A DNA stretch of 18,904 bases, taken from contig NW_021824388.1 in NCBI RefSeq assembly GCF_006345805.1, positions 1-18,904 of the forward strand. The letters run 5' to 3'. The position numbers were made by a program, and so were the translations under genes. This stretch comes from Octopus sinensis (lineage: Eukaryota). A model generated the notes under the pieces. It was not told the origin of the DNA. It saw only the letters and a program-made list of their open reading frames with translations, and did no database searches. Shown piece after piece: positions 1 through 10,897 of the stretch. How positions within the stretch are numbered: position 1 is the first letter of the stretch; every line of letters starts with the position of its first letter.

Positions 1-80
1 CTACACATCCATAGTCCCCACATATAAAAACACAACACATCACATATACACTATATACATGTATATATACACACACACAC

Positions 81-130
<50 letters not shown>

Positions 131-198
131 TTCTGTCTCTGTCTCTCTCTCTATATATACATGCATACATGCACACACACACACACACAGTCACATAT

Positions 199-246
<48 letters not shown>

Positions 247-390
247 TATATATATATTATATATATAATTATTGAAATGGATAAATGAATTATCTTGGTA
301 CGGGTATATTCAAAAGAAGTATATATTATTATATATATATATATATAATAGATATATATATATATATATACATATATATATGTATATATA
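81..390. repeat. Compound microsatellite (TCTA)n, (CT)n, (CA)n, (TA)n
   Basis: Directly visible tandem units. Confidence 0.95.
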
Positions 391-839
391 CACACATACA
401 CTTATACACACCAAACGACTGTACATACCAGAAGTCGCCACATACATATAATCTCACAAGCACATATAAAACGCAAGCGGATACATACAACCACACAACC
501 CACTGAGCACATTTAGTGATGACAAGAAATGAAGAAAAAAAAGGCAAATAGACAAAAAAATCACATTTAAAGAATCGGTAGACAATTTAGTAACCATGAA
601 AGTTGTTAGTTGCTGTTTTAAAGCTACGCCAACTTCTAGATTCTTGCCTGCCAACCAACGAACCAGCCAGACTGTCAGTGAAGCAAGTCCGGCAATAAGC
701 CAACCTTTAATTTACTACAAAAAGTAAGAAAATGAATAAAAGAGGGAAAAGAAAGAATATAAATAAAGAATAGATGAAAAAGAAAAAGTCTACCCGCGCC
801 AATGTAGTCTGTCTGGTTACAGACTTAACCAAAATCTTT

Positions 840-960
840 CTGACAGCCAACATTATAAAAATATGCTCTGGATTTTTTATGTATCACTACACTATGAGTT
901 CAAATCCCGATAAGGAGGTTGACCTGACTTCTGATAAAAAAAGTGCCAAAAAACGAACTG
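840..960 (+). mobile_element. Highly decayed SINE family B copy
   Basis: 'tgagttcaaatcccgataaggaggttgacc...gataaaaaaagtgcca' resembles 'tgagttcaaattccgccgaggtcgact...gataaaataagaacca' of the copy at 11579-11790. Confidence 0.4.
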
Positions 961-998
961 AACTGCTCGTCAAGTACAAACATTTGTGTCAATGACTT

Positions 999-1007
999 GT
1001 ATCTATG

Positions 1008-1076
<69 letters not shown>

Positions 1077-1112
1077 GTCTGTCTGTCTGTCTGTCTGTCT
1101 GTCAGTCAGTTA

Positions 1113-1154
<42 letters not shown>

Positions 1155-1156
1155 AT
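999..1156. repeat. (TATC)n/(TGTC)n tetranucleotide microsatellite
   Basis: Directly visible. Confidence 0.95.
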
Positions 1157-1160
1157 ATCC

Positions 1161-1460
1161 AGTGAAAGCGCGTGGCTTTGTGTTTAGGATACACGGTTCA
1201 CGACCGTAAGACTATGTGTTCGATTCTCGGCGGAGTGTTATGTTCTTGAATAAAACACTTTATTTCGCGTTGCTCCAGTCCACTCAGCTGGCAAAAATGA
1301 GTCGTTCCTGTATTTCAGAGGTCCAACCTGTCCCATTCTGTATCACGTTGAATCTCCCTCGGAACTACGTTAAGAGTACACGTGCCTGTGGAGTGCTCAG
1401 CCACTTGCACGTTAATCTGATCAGCAGAATGTTCTGTTGGTCGGATCAGCTCGAACCCGT
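1161..1460 (+). mobile_element. tRNA-derived SINE, family C (copy 1)
   Basis: A-box-like 'gtggctttgtg' and B-box 'gttcgattc'. Shares 'aactacgttaagagtacacgtgcctgtggagtgctcagccacttgcacgttaat' with 14416-14706. Confidence 0.75.
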
Positions 1461-1544
1461 ATATTTACCTATCTGTCTGTCTGTCTGTCTGTCATTAACT
1501 TCACACCTTCCACCTGCAAATATTTAGACGGAATGCCACGGGAT

Positions 1545-1752
1545 ATTTACATAGGCAAAATCCTTAACAATGCCGGAACAGGTGCTCATCAGCAGTCTTT
1601 ACATTTTGATTTCGAAATCCGCCGAGGTCGATTCCCCGTTTCATCCATTTGGGGTCGATAAAATAAGTACCTGTTAAGGACTGGGACAATACAATCGCTT
1701 GGACCCCCTCCCACCAACATTTCTGGCCTTGTGTCTGTAGCAGAAAGGATTG
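1545..1752 (+). mobile_element. SINE family B, diverged copy
   Basis: 'ccgccgaggtcga...tttcatccatttggggtcgataaaataagtacc...ggccttgtgtc' matches 11579-11790; followed by an (ATC)n(ATT)n tail. Confidence 0.75.
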
Positions 1753-1763
1753 TTATAATTATT

Positions 1764-1801
<38 letters not shown>

Positions 1802-1809
1802 TATTATTA

Positions 1810-1861
<52 letters not shown>
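1764..1861. repeat. (ATC)n then (ATT)n trinucleotide tract
   Basis: Directly visible; source of the poly-M/poly-I ORF. Confidence 0.95.
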
Positions 1862-1983
1862 GTCAACTTTGCCTTTTATCCATTCGGGGTCGATAAAGTA
1901 AGTACTAGTTGAGTACTGGAGTGGATTTAATCGACTTTCCCCCTCCCCCGTTGTTTTCAGGCTTTGTGCATACAGTAGAAAGG

Positions 1984-1986
<3 letters not shown>
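1862..1986 (+). mobile_element. SINE family B, 3' portion
   Basis: 'gtcaactttgccttttatccattcggggtcgataaagtaagtactagttgagtactgg...gtagaaaggatt' followed by (TTA)n. Confidence 0.8.
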
Positions 1987-2026
<40 letters not shown>

Positions 2027-2029
<3 letters not shown>

Positions 2030-2389
2030 TAGTTTTATTTTTATAGCGTGCTTTCACTTCACTACCGAGCGCAGCTCTGTGTGCCTAGGTATGTGCTGTG
2101 ATTTGTTGTGATGCTCTGATGGTTATTGTATGGAAAGTGTTCTGCGTAGGATGTGTGCAGTGCCTAGTAGTGCAATTTTCTGTATGTTATATGTGTTTGT
2201 AAGTCCTGGTGTTTTTGTTATGTATTTGTCTGAATATTTTTTTATCATGCCTAATGCACCTACTATGATAGGAATTGTTTCTGTTTTCAGATTCCACATT
2301 CTAGTTACCTCTATTTCCAGGTCTTTGTATTTTGAGAGTTTCTCCATTTCTTTTAGAGACACGTTGTCATCTGCCGGTATTGATACATC
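2027..2389 (-). mobile_element. 5'-truncated non-LTR retrotransposon 3' end, R4/Dong-like (restriction-like endonuclease C-terminus plus 3' UTR)
   Basis: Minus frame DVSIPADDNVSLKEMEKLSKYKDLEIEVTRMWNLKTETIPIIVGALG...IQKIALLGTAHILRRTL* has the D..EK..KY..L..W..PIIVGALG signature of RLE-type LINEs. About 95 bp of 3' UTR runs into (TAA)n; (TTA)n lies on both sides. Confidence 0.88.
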
Positions 2390-2390
<1 letters not shown>

Positions 2391-2450
<60 letters not shown>

Positions 2451-2491
2451 CATTATTATTATTATTATTGTTATTATTATTACTATTATTA
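2391..2491. repeat. (TTA)n microsatellite
   Basis: Directly visible. Confidence 0.95.
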
Positions 2492-3163
2492 TTTCTGACA
2501 CCAACAAGGTGCTACAAAGTTTTACTTCACGGATTTTTGAAAGTCTCCATGTTTATCTGTAGAAATTAATGTTCAATTTTGCGTATCATTTCTCGCAAGA
2601 CCACTTATTGTACATTACAGAATGTCTTTTCCAAACCGAGGTTAAACCAGAAGATCAGCTTTAAAAAAAAACTTATTTCGCTGTTTATTTAAGGCTTCCT
2701 GCAAGGGGAAAATGGCTATTTTTCGGGGTCCGTCAAAGAAAAGAAATTACAACGTAAAAAAAAAAAAACAAGCGAAAACAAAGCGACAATTAAAAAAACA
2801 TCCATTTTCTCCTCCCACTATTCCTGGGAGAGTCATGGTGGTGGTAGTGATGGGATGTAGAGACCTTGGTTCCTCCTCCTGAAGGTTTTAATAGAACTAA
2901 CTGCCATTACACTTTCTAGCTGCACTCCCCAGCGTAACCAATTGAGTCTATGGATAATACCCGACCACCCCGTTCTTGCCCCACTCCTATGTTTTCTGCA
3001 GATTGGCTCGGCTTGAAGAATTCATCTTTTGATTCTGTTCTGCGACATTCTAAGCACATGTCCGTATTAACGGAGCTCAAAGCGGATAGGAAGATGTTCG
3101 ATTTGGAAGTGTTTCCTGATAGTAAAAATAAACAAAACAAAACAAAACAAATAAACAAACATA

Positions 3164-3446
<283 letters not shown>

Positions 3447-3454
3447 TCTATATA

Positions 3455-3740
3455 AAAAATACAAAATGGGACAAGAACGCAAAGCATCCAGACAGTTAGG
3501 TGATACAAAAAGGGGACAACAAAATATCCAGATAGACGATACCAAGAAAATAAGGACGGGTCATTCGGAGTTTTCTTTCCTCAGTCGAGTACCAGATTAT
3601 CTTCGCAATTTCAGCTGGTTATACTTGAGATTGCTCCATCTGGTCAGCCCCAAGGTAAAACTAAGCTAAGAGCATTAGATTCCTTGGAATAAAGCAGCAA
3701 ATTATACGAAAACAAGGACGGAATAAAACAGAGAATGTTA
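3455..3740. other. Unclassified probable interspersed repeat
   Basis: Complex block bounded by TA-rich tracts with a short internal duplication ('aaagcatccagacag' / 'aaaatatccagatag'). Single copy in the window, so repeat status is not demonstrated here. Confidence 0.25.
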
Positions 3741-3849
3741 TATAAATACAAATAACAGGATATGTACTTTATATAAACTGGCAATGTGTACTTTATATAA
3801 AGTACAAAATCATTCTTTATATGAGCCCTGCACATTGATGTTCATCTCA

Positions 3850-4115
3850 GGTATTTACTCCCAAGCTGATGAGACTTGCTACTGACACCAAGCTGAGCAG
3901 TTTCACTACTTGTTCCATGATCGGGTGGTCGGCGACTAGACCAGTTTCCCCCCATTTGAGTAGGTTGCTGCTCATGTGAAGTGGTGGGTACCTGGACATT
4001 CTGCTTGGACTAAAACCAAGACCAGACAATGGGTGGATGAGCTCCCTGTGGATCAATGGCCATCCCGTTGGGAAAGGCAACTGCAAAGCACTCCAATATC
4101 TTTACCAAGAAATCA
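3850..4115 (+). mobile_element. Possible decayed RTE-related element end
   Basis: GC-richer block ending 'ggaaaggcaactgcaaagcactccaatatctttaccaagaaa', which resembles the 'atggcaacccactccagtattcttgcc' motif of RTE/BovB-related elements. Confidence 0.35.
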
Positions 4116-4421
4116 TAATGAGAAAGTGAGAACGAAGTAACGTTATGGTTTCATCTGATGCCAAAGCTCATGCCTAACGGAAAGACTTAGGTTGTAGTGT
4201 CATCAACGCATTGGGAAAAGAGAACGATGCATGACGACAGCGTCGGCACATTGATGGATCTCCGTTAGTTTCGACGATGAAAATGCAGTTGTTTGAAAAA
4301 CTAAATTACCTCTCTGAAAAAAAAAGAAGTAAAACTGCCGTGTATTCCACAAACACGTTTACACTTAATGTAACACGGTGTGTGAAAAGGCTGTAGGTTT
4401 GAATCACAAACAAAAGCTATC

Positions 4422-4540
4422 CGACGACGCTTCTACATAGTTTCTGTATGCCCAATGTCACTCACAAGGCTTTGGCCACCACAATGCAACAATGGAGGAC
4501 AATTGCCCAAGATGTCGTTCTGCGACTCGAAACCTGGACG
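4422..4540 (-). mobile_element. SINE family A, decayed 5' half
   Basis: 'cactcacaaggctttggcc...ttgcccaagatg' is the reverse complement of 'catcttgggcaa...ccaaagccttgtgagtg'. Confidence 0.65.
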
Positions 4541-4854
4541 TGTTATTGTAATACAAAAATCTTACCGATTCTCCCTAGTTGCATCTTCAGGTAAGCAAAC
4601 AACGATTTCAGATACGCAAACAACAAATTCTCATTCTAATAAACAACTAATTAACAGTGAAAACAGTAAAAATTATTAAATAAATCCATTTACATAAACA
4701 CTGCGAAATATTCCCAATAATAATATTAATTAAAAATCGAATTTTGAGCAAATATTACAGAAGTAATCAGTTTTAATTAATTAACGCCAGCAGTATTTCG
4801 TAATTCTGATTAGATATACCTGCGCAAAAAATAACATTGAAGTTAATCGTATTA

Positions 4855-4912
4855 TTGCTGTTGTTGTTGTTGTTGATGTTGATGATGATGACGACGAGGA
4901 GGAGGAGGAGGA
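4855..4912. repeat. Graded trinucleotide tract (GTT)n-(GAT)n-(GAC)n-(GAG)n
   Basis: Directly visible. Confidence 0.9.
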
Positions 4913-5072
4913 TTTCTACTTGCCACGGGGCCATCAAATGCGAAGGAGATTACAAGAACAGTTTACGATTTGTGTGGAGATTTATACAAAAAAGATGAGG
5001 GGACGAAAGTGAGAGGATGATGAAATAAGATAAGAGCATATACATGGTATACAAAATATGTGATGAGATATA

Positions 5073-5254
5073 GGCGCAGGAGTGGCTGTGTGGTAAGTAG
5101 CTTGCTAACCAGCCACATGGTTCTGGTTTCAGTCCCACTGCGTGGCATCTTGGGCAAGTGCCTTCTGCTATAGCCCCGGGCCGACCAAAGCCTTGTGAGT
5201 GGATTTGGTAGACGGAAACTGAAAGAAGCCTGTCGTATATATGTATATATATAT

Positions 5255-5286
<32 letters not shown>

Positions 5287-5490
5287 TTGTCCCCCTAGCA
5301 TTGCTTGACAACCGATGCTGGTGTGTTTACGTCCCCGTCACTTAGCGGTTCGGCAAAAAGAGACCGATAGAATAAGTACTGGGCTTACAAAGAATAAGTC
5401 CCGGGGTCGATTTGCTCGACTAAAGGCGGTGCTCCAGCATGGCCGCAGTCAAATGACTGAAACAAGTAAAAGAGTAAAAGAGTAAAAGAG
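5073..5490 (+). mobile_element. Full-length tRNA-derived CORE-like SINE family A
   Basis: A box 'tggctgtgtgg', B-box-like 'gtttcagtccc', CORE-like 'catcttgggcaagtg', internal (TA)(TG)n, and a 3' tail of three GTAAAAGA units. Multiple homologues in the window. Confidence 0.92.
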
Positions 5491-5726
5491 ATGGATGATG
5501 CTGTTCACCTGATGAAGGCAAATCTCCAACTACGGCCAAAGAACCCCATAGGTGTAGGATTATCCCGACTAACAAGCGCACAAGCTTCGGCGCATGCTTA
5601 GAGTAAGTCTATTCTCCTTAACCATACATGTTCAGTCACCCACCATATTTTTATAAATTCGCTGGGGGAAGGGGCCTTTTCTCTCCAACCCTACTTTCCT
5701 TTCCGAGTGGAATAGTAATAGGGATA

Positions 5727-5880
5727 ATGATAATCCTGTCTATCATAGGCACAACGCCTGGAAGTTTGTGCGAGGAAAAGTCGGTTACATCGACCCCAGG
5801 TCTTGAGTAGTTCTTAATTTTTTGACCCCAAAAGAATTATAGGCAAAGTCGACCTCGACGGAACTTGAGCTCCGAACACA
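5727..5880 (-). mobile_element. SINE family B, partial
   Basis: 'aggcaaagtcgacctcgacggaacttgagctc' and 'catcgaccccag' are reverse complements of family B core motifs. Confidence 0.75.
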
Positions 5881-5895
5881 GCAACAAGGAATCAC

Positions 5896-5930
<35 letters not shown>

Positions 5931-5976
5931 ATATATTATATATATATATATTATATATATATAATACATATATATA

Positions 5977-6028
<52 letters not shown>

Positions 6029-6295
6029 TTATATATACATACACACACAGACACACACGCAAACACACACACACACTCACTCTCTCTCTCACACACAAAT
6101 GATGTATGTATGTTATATATATATGTGTGTGTATGTGTTGTGTGCGCGCGTGCCTGAGTGTGTGTTTATGTATGTATACATACGCCCGTTTGTGTATGCG
6201 TATATGTCCCTGTGCTTGTGTTGATCCTCTAATGACTTCACAACCAATGTTAATGCCTCTATACCCCCGTATATACTCGTATATACCCGTACATA

Positions 6296-6326
<31 letters not shown>

Positions 6327-6392
6327 TGTGTGTGTGTGTGTGTTGTGTGTGTGTGTGTTGTGTGTGACCATGTTTGTATATATGTATGTGTG
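5896..6392. repeat. Compound (TA)n/(CA)n/(TG)n low-complexity tract
   Basis: Directly visible. Confidence 0.9.
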
Positions 6393-6394
6393 TC

Positions 6395-6580
6395 ATGATG
6401 GACCGCTGAACCCTACACGTCTTTTTTCATTCTCTCTCTATTTCCTCTTATTCTTTTCTGTCAAAGAGCGTAGACTCGAAACATAAAAGACTTTTCCATT
6501 ATTTGTGAGCGTCAAACCAATACATTTGCTTGTTGTCTATACACCTGTCTTCGTCTTCTGTTTTTCCATAAATTTGAACT
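6395..6580 (+). mobile_element. Probable Penelope-like terminal-repeat remnant with degenerate minimal hammerhead motif
   Basis: TCTTTT-CTGTCAAA-GAGC GTAG ACTC-GAAAC-ATA-AAAGA at 6452-6490 has type I hammerhead topology with core mismatches; the block runs into (TA)n. Confidence 0.45.
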
Positions 6581-6679
6581 ATATATATAGCTATATCTAT
6601 ATCCATGTCTCTCTCTCTCTATATATATATTTATATATATATATATATGTATGTATATATATATGTGTGCGTATATATA

Positions 6680-6730
<51 letters not shown>

Positions 6731-6800
6731 ATTCGTATATATTATATATATATATATGTATAATATATGTATGTATGCATGTATGTATTTATGTATGTAT
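6581..6800. repeat. (TA)n/(TATG)n low-complexity tract
   Basis: Directly visible. Confidence 0.9.
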
Positions 6801-6801
6801 A

Positions 6802-7191
6802 GGCGTTGAAGTGGCTGTGTGGTAAGTAGCTTGCTTACCAACCACATGGTTCCGGGTTCAGTCCCACTGCGTGGCACCTTGGGCAAGTGTCTTCTTCTAT
6901 AGCGTCGGGCCGACCAAAGCCTTGTGAGTGGATTTGGTTGACGGAGACTGAAAGAACCCTGTCATATATATGTATATACATATGTATGTGTATATGTTTG
7001 TGTGTCTGTGTTTGTCACCCCAACATCGCTTGACAACCGATGCTGGTGTGTTTACGTCCCCGTAATTTAGCGGTTCGGGAAAAGGGACCGATAGAATAAG
7101 TACTAGGTTTACAAAGTCCTGGGGTCGATTTGCTCGACTAAAGGCGGTGCTCCAGCATAGCCATAGTCAAATGACTGAAACAAGTAAAAGA
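6802..7191 (+). mobile_element. Full-length SINE family A
   Basis: Colinear with 5073-5490; B box 'ggttcagtccc', CORE-like 'caccttgggcaagtgtc', ends 'gactgaaacaagtaaaaga'. Confidence 0.92.
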
Positions 7192-7407
7192 CTATGTATG
7201 TATAATATTTCTCAATTTCATATGGCCTGATGTCACTATGTAATATGTTTTTTCTTTAGTATCTTTTTAGGTACCCAAGAAGTCGTAGGCAGACACAGGA
7301 ACCTCCTTGAGCCTCAGAAGAGAGGGTTACATCCAAGAAAATGTGCACCATTAGTTTTGAATCCAGAATGTAAACACTTTGAAAAATGCCCGACTGAAGC
7401 AACTTAG

Positions 7408-7476
7408 ACGGCGACGACGACTACAACAACAACAACAACAACATCAACAACAGGAGCAGCAGCAACAACAACAAGA
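7408..7476. repeat. (CGA)n/(CAA)n/(CAG)n trinucleotide tract
   Basis: Directly visible. Confidence 0.9.
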
Positions 7477-7759
7477 ACTCTGGCGTCAATCCGTTAATTA
7501 AACTTACATTTGTTTACTCTCTTTTGCGAAATAATCTTTATGTGGTCTTTTGATATTCTATAATTAGCAGCCGAATTTCCCTGAAATCATATCCATCCTT
7601 CTGAAATAACGAGGGACAGAGTAGATATATTATGCAGTCAGAGTTATCTCCCAAAATTGAGATGGTCATATATGGAGACTATCTTTGACGTCTTTTCCAT
7701 GGGAGTTAACCTATAGATAATCATCATTAGGCACTGTCCTTCCTATGACAAGATATTCC

Positions 7760-8570
7760 AGTTCCTTCTATGTTGCACTGTTTGAATACAATGAGCCAGT
7801 ATCTCCACAAACTCGGTTACTATGGCAGAGCAGCAAGAAGGAAACCACTTCTTCGACCAGGCAGAAAAGATTGGGCTAGTGAGATGGTGGAGAGGCCACT
7901 AGCATTTTGGGACACTGAGCAGCAAGAAGGAAACCACTTCTTCGACCAGGCAGGAAAGATTGGGCCAGTGAGATGGTGGAGAGGCCACTAGCACTTTGGG
8001 ACACTGTCATATTCTCTGATGAGTCCAGATTTGCAGTATTTTCTGACAGCGGCCGCGTGTGGGTCTGGAGACTCAGTGATCAAAAATTTGATGTGAAAAG
8101 ATTGCAGCCAACAACGAAACACGGCAGCTTTTCTGTGATGGTCTGGGGAGCAATTTGGAGCAATGGTTGGTCAGAGCTGGTGGAGTGTGAAGGAAACATA
8201 AACTCAGATAAATATGTGTCCATATTGCAGAATGGACTCCCTCCAATCTTCTCCAGTGGTGAAATGGATTAAAGAGGACTCTTTATTTATGGAAGATTGG
8301 GCACCTTGTCAAACGGGTTAAATGACTCAAGATTTGTTGGATGAGGATGGCATTAAAAAGCTTCCATGGCCAAGCTAGTCACCAAATATGAACCTCATTG
8401 AACACCTCTGGAACATAAAAAGAACAAGAAAGCATCTTCAAAGCCAGATCTTTTGAGATGCATGAAACTTGGCAAGAAATTCCGCAAGAGAATATTCATC
8501 ATCTGATCAGTAACATGCCTAATAGGGCCTTACATTGAAAAATGCAAAGGGCATGTTCACTAAATATCAA
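7760..8570 (+). pseudogene. Tc1-family DD34E transposase pseudogene (5' truncated)
   Basis: Across frameshifts and stops: [57 protein letters not shown] count 34 positions between the second D and the E. Confidence 0.93.
7829..8006 (+). repeat. 89-bp direct tandem duplication inside the transposase
   Basis: Units 7829-7917 and 7918-8006 both start 'agcagcaagaaggaaaccac' and end 'gggacactg'; they differ by 3 substitutions. Confidence 0.95.
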
Positions 8571-8645
8571 ATATTCACATTGTAGCAATTAATAAATAAT
8601 ATGAATGTATAATTAAAGATTTAAATAAATTTTAATGATTATAAC

Positions 8646-8676
8646 GGTGTCTATTTACTTCTGTCATATCTATGTA
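8646..8676 (+). repeat. Probable right terminal inverted repeat of the Tc1 element plus TA site
   Basis: 'ggtgtctatttacttctgtcatatctatg|ta' lies about 80 bp after the transposase end and an AATAAA. No left partner was found in the window. Confidence 0.45.
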
Positions 8677-8694
8677 TATCTCAAAATACAGATT

Positions 8695-8717
8695 ATATAT
8701 ATTTATGTGTGTGTGTA

Positions 8718-8778
<61 letters not shown>

Positions 8779-8856
8779 AATATATATATATATACTTGTA
8801 TTTATACATGCATATACATACGCTTAGGCACGCTCGCACACACACATACACACACC
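8695..8856. repeat. (TA)n/(CA)n microsatellite
   Basis: Directly visible. Confidence 0.9.
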
Positions 8857-9438
8857 GACAAATTTGCATCACCAATAAAAATCTGTTACACTATATTTTC
8901 CAGTCGTTGCTTCATTTAGTTGTTCAACTATTCACACACTAACACAATTAGCATTAACCTTACTTTAACTCATTAACACCAAGAAGATGGCTGCGAGCGC
9001 AATACAAAGCTTTGTTTAGTCTCCGTCTTCTTTAAGTAACCTTTTACACTCGCCAAATACACTGTTTGTGAATATCAATGGCTTAAAACATTGTATTGGT
9101 TAACAGGAACACTAATAGATTTTTAATAATACATTCAGGAAAGAAGGAAAAAAAGAGGAAAAGGGCTGCACATTATTTTGGCAACCACACGTATGGAAAT
9201 TAGCTGAGAAACAAATAAACAAATGGATAGATAGATAGATATAGATAAATAGACGGATAGATAGATATATAGACAGATAGATGGATAGTTAGACAGATAG
9301 ATGGATAGATAGACAGGCAGGCAGATAGATAGATAGATGGATGGATGGATGGATAGATGGGTAGATAGACAGATAGATGGATAGGTAGATAGATAGATAG
9401 ACATACATACATGCAGACAGACAGACTGACAGACAGAC

Positions 9439-9506
<68 letters not shown>

Positions 9507-9507
9507 G

Positions 9508-9582
<75 letters not shown>

Positions 9583-9583
<1 letters not shown>

Positions 9584-9715
9584 TGTTTCTTTATTGGCCA
9601 CACGGGGCTGAACACAGAGGGAACAAAATACAAAGCAGAGCGTTTCTTTTTGGGAGGAAAAAAAGAGGTGGGTAGCATTTCGATCAAAACGGATCGTGGG
9701 AAAAAAAAGAGAGAT
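9583..9715 (-). mobile_element. Short 3' end of a probable non-LTR retrotransposon in (GATA)n (copy 1)
   Basis: Homologous to 9922-10050; the minus strand ends 'gtgtggccaataaagaaacat' followed by (ATCT)n. Confidence 0.7.
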
Positions 9716-9829
9716 TACAAATAGATAGGTAGATAGACGGATAGATAGATGGATAAATAGATAGATAGATATATAGATAGACAGGTAGATAGTTAGATAG
9801 ATAGATATATTACAGATAGACAGACAGAC

Positions 9830-9892
<63 letters not shown>

Positions 9893-9921
9893 CAGACAGA
9901 TAGATAGATAGATAGATAGAT

Positions 9922-10347
9922 ATGTTTCTTTATTAGCCACATAGGGCTGCACACAGATAGAACAAATTACAAGGTAGAGCTTTTCTTTTGAAGGTTTAAA
10001 AAAAAAAAAAAAAGGAAGGGGGAGTTTCGATCAAAAGGGATCGTAAAAGGAGAGAAAGAGGACAAAAAAAAGGGGGGTTAAAAAAAGGGGGGGTTAAAAA
10101 AAGGGGGAGAGGAAAGAAAAAAAAAATTGATCAATAGGGATCGTTATCACAGAAATGTCAATATGAAGTGTAAAGGGGAGGACAGGTGAGGTTTACCCGT
10201 GGAAAGAAAAGCCTACGGAAAAGACCACGGTAACCTCGGTCAATGGAGTCACATGTTATATTTCTTTTTTTTTTTTTTGCAAATAAGCAACTCTCTGTTT
10301 TCAATTTCTGGGTTCATAGGATCATGCTCAAGGTGGCTTCGTCATTC
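9922..10347 (-). mobile_element. 3' end of a probable non-LTR retrotransposon (Tx1/L1-like by inference) in (GATA)n (copy 2)
   Basis: Minus strand reads NDEATLSMIL*, then about 390 bp of pyrimidine-rich 3' UTR, AATAAA, and (ATCT)n. GATA repeats flank both sides. Confidence 0.65.
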
Positions 10348-10621
10348 AGATAGATAGATAGGTAGGTAGGTAGGTAGGTAGGTAGATGGATGGATGGATG
10401 GATAGAGATAAATAGCAGGATAGAGATGAAAATAGATATATAGGCAAATAGACTGGCAGATTGACAGATAGAAGATAGATGAATAGATAGATAGGCAGAC
10501 ATATATAAACGGGTAGATAAAAAGACTGACTGAGATAAATAAAGTTGATAGACACATTGACACGAAATGGATAGAGATATAGACAAGTAAAGAGGGCGTA
10601 GATAGACAGATAAATGGAAGG

Positions 10622-10654
<33 letters not shown>

Positions 10655-10669
10655 ATATTATGTATGTAT

Positions 10670-10728
<59 letters not shown>

Positions 10729-10822
10729 GATAGATGGACAGTTAGATAAATATGGATGGAGAAATAGCTGGAAGGCTAGATAGATAGATTGACAAATAGG
10801 ATAGACAGACAGACAGACAGAC

Positions 10823-10897
<75 letters not shown>

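Noticed and set aside
2130-2498. Plus-strand 122-aa ORF
   Set aside because: Antisense shadow of the R4/Dong-like ORF plus (TAT)n.
5073-7191. Two ~400-bp direct repeats as LTRs or composite-transposon ends
   Set aside because: They are dispersed SINE copies with Pol III boxes; there are no TG..CA ends, PBS or internal gag/pol.
7367-7501. PolyQ-like frame (ARLKQLRRRRRLQQQQ...ELWRQSVN*)
   Set aside because: Short, with a stop just upstream and only a weak acceptor; explained by a simple trinucleotide tract.
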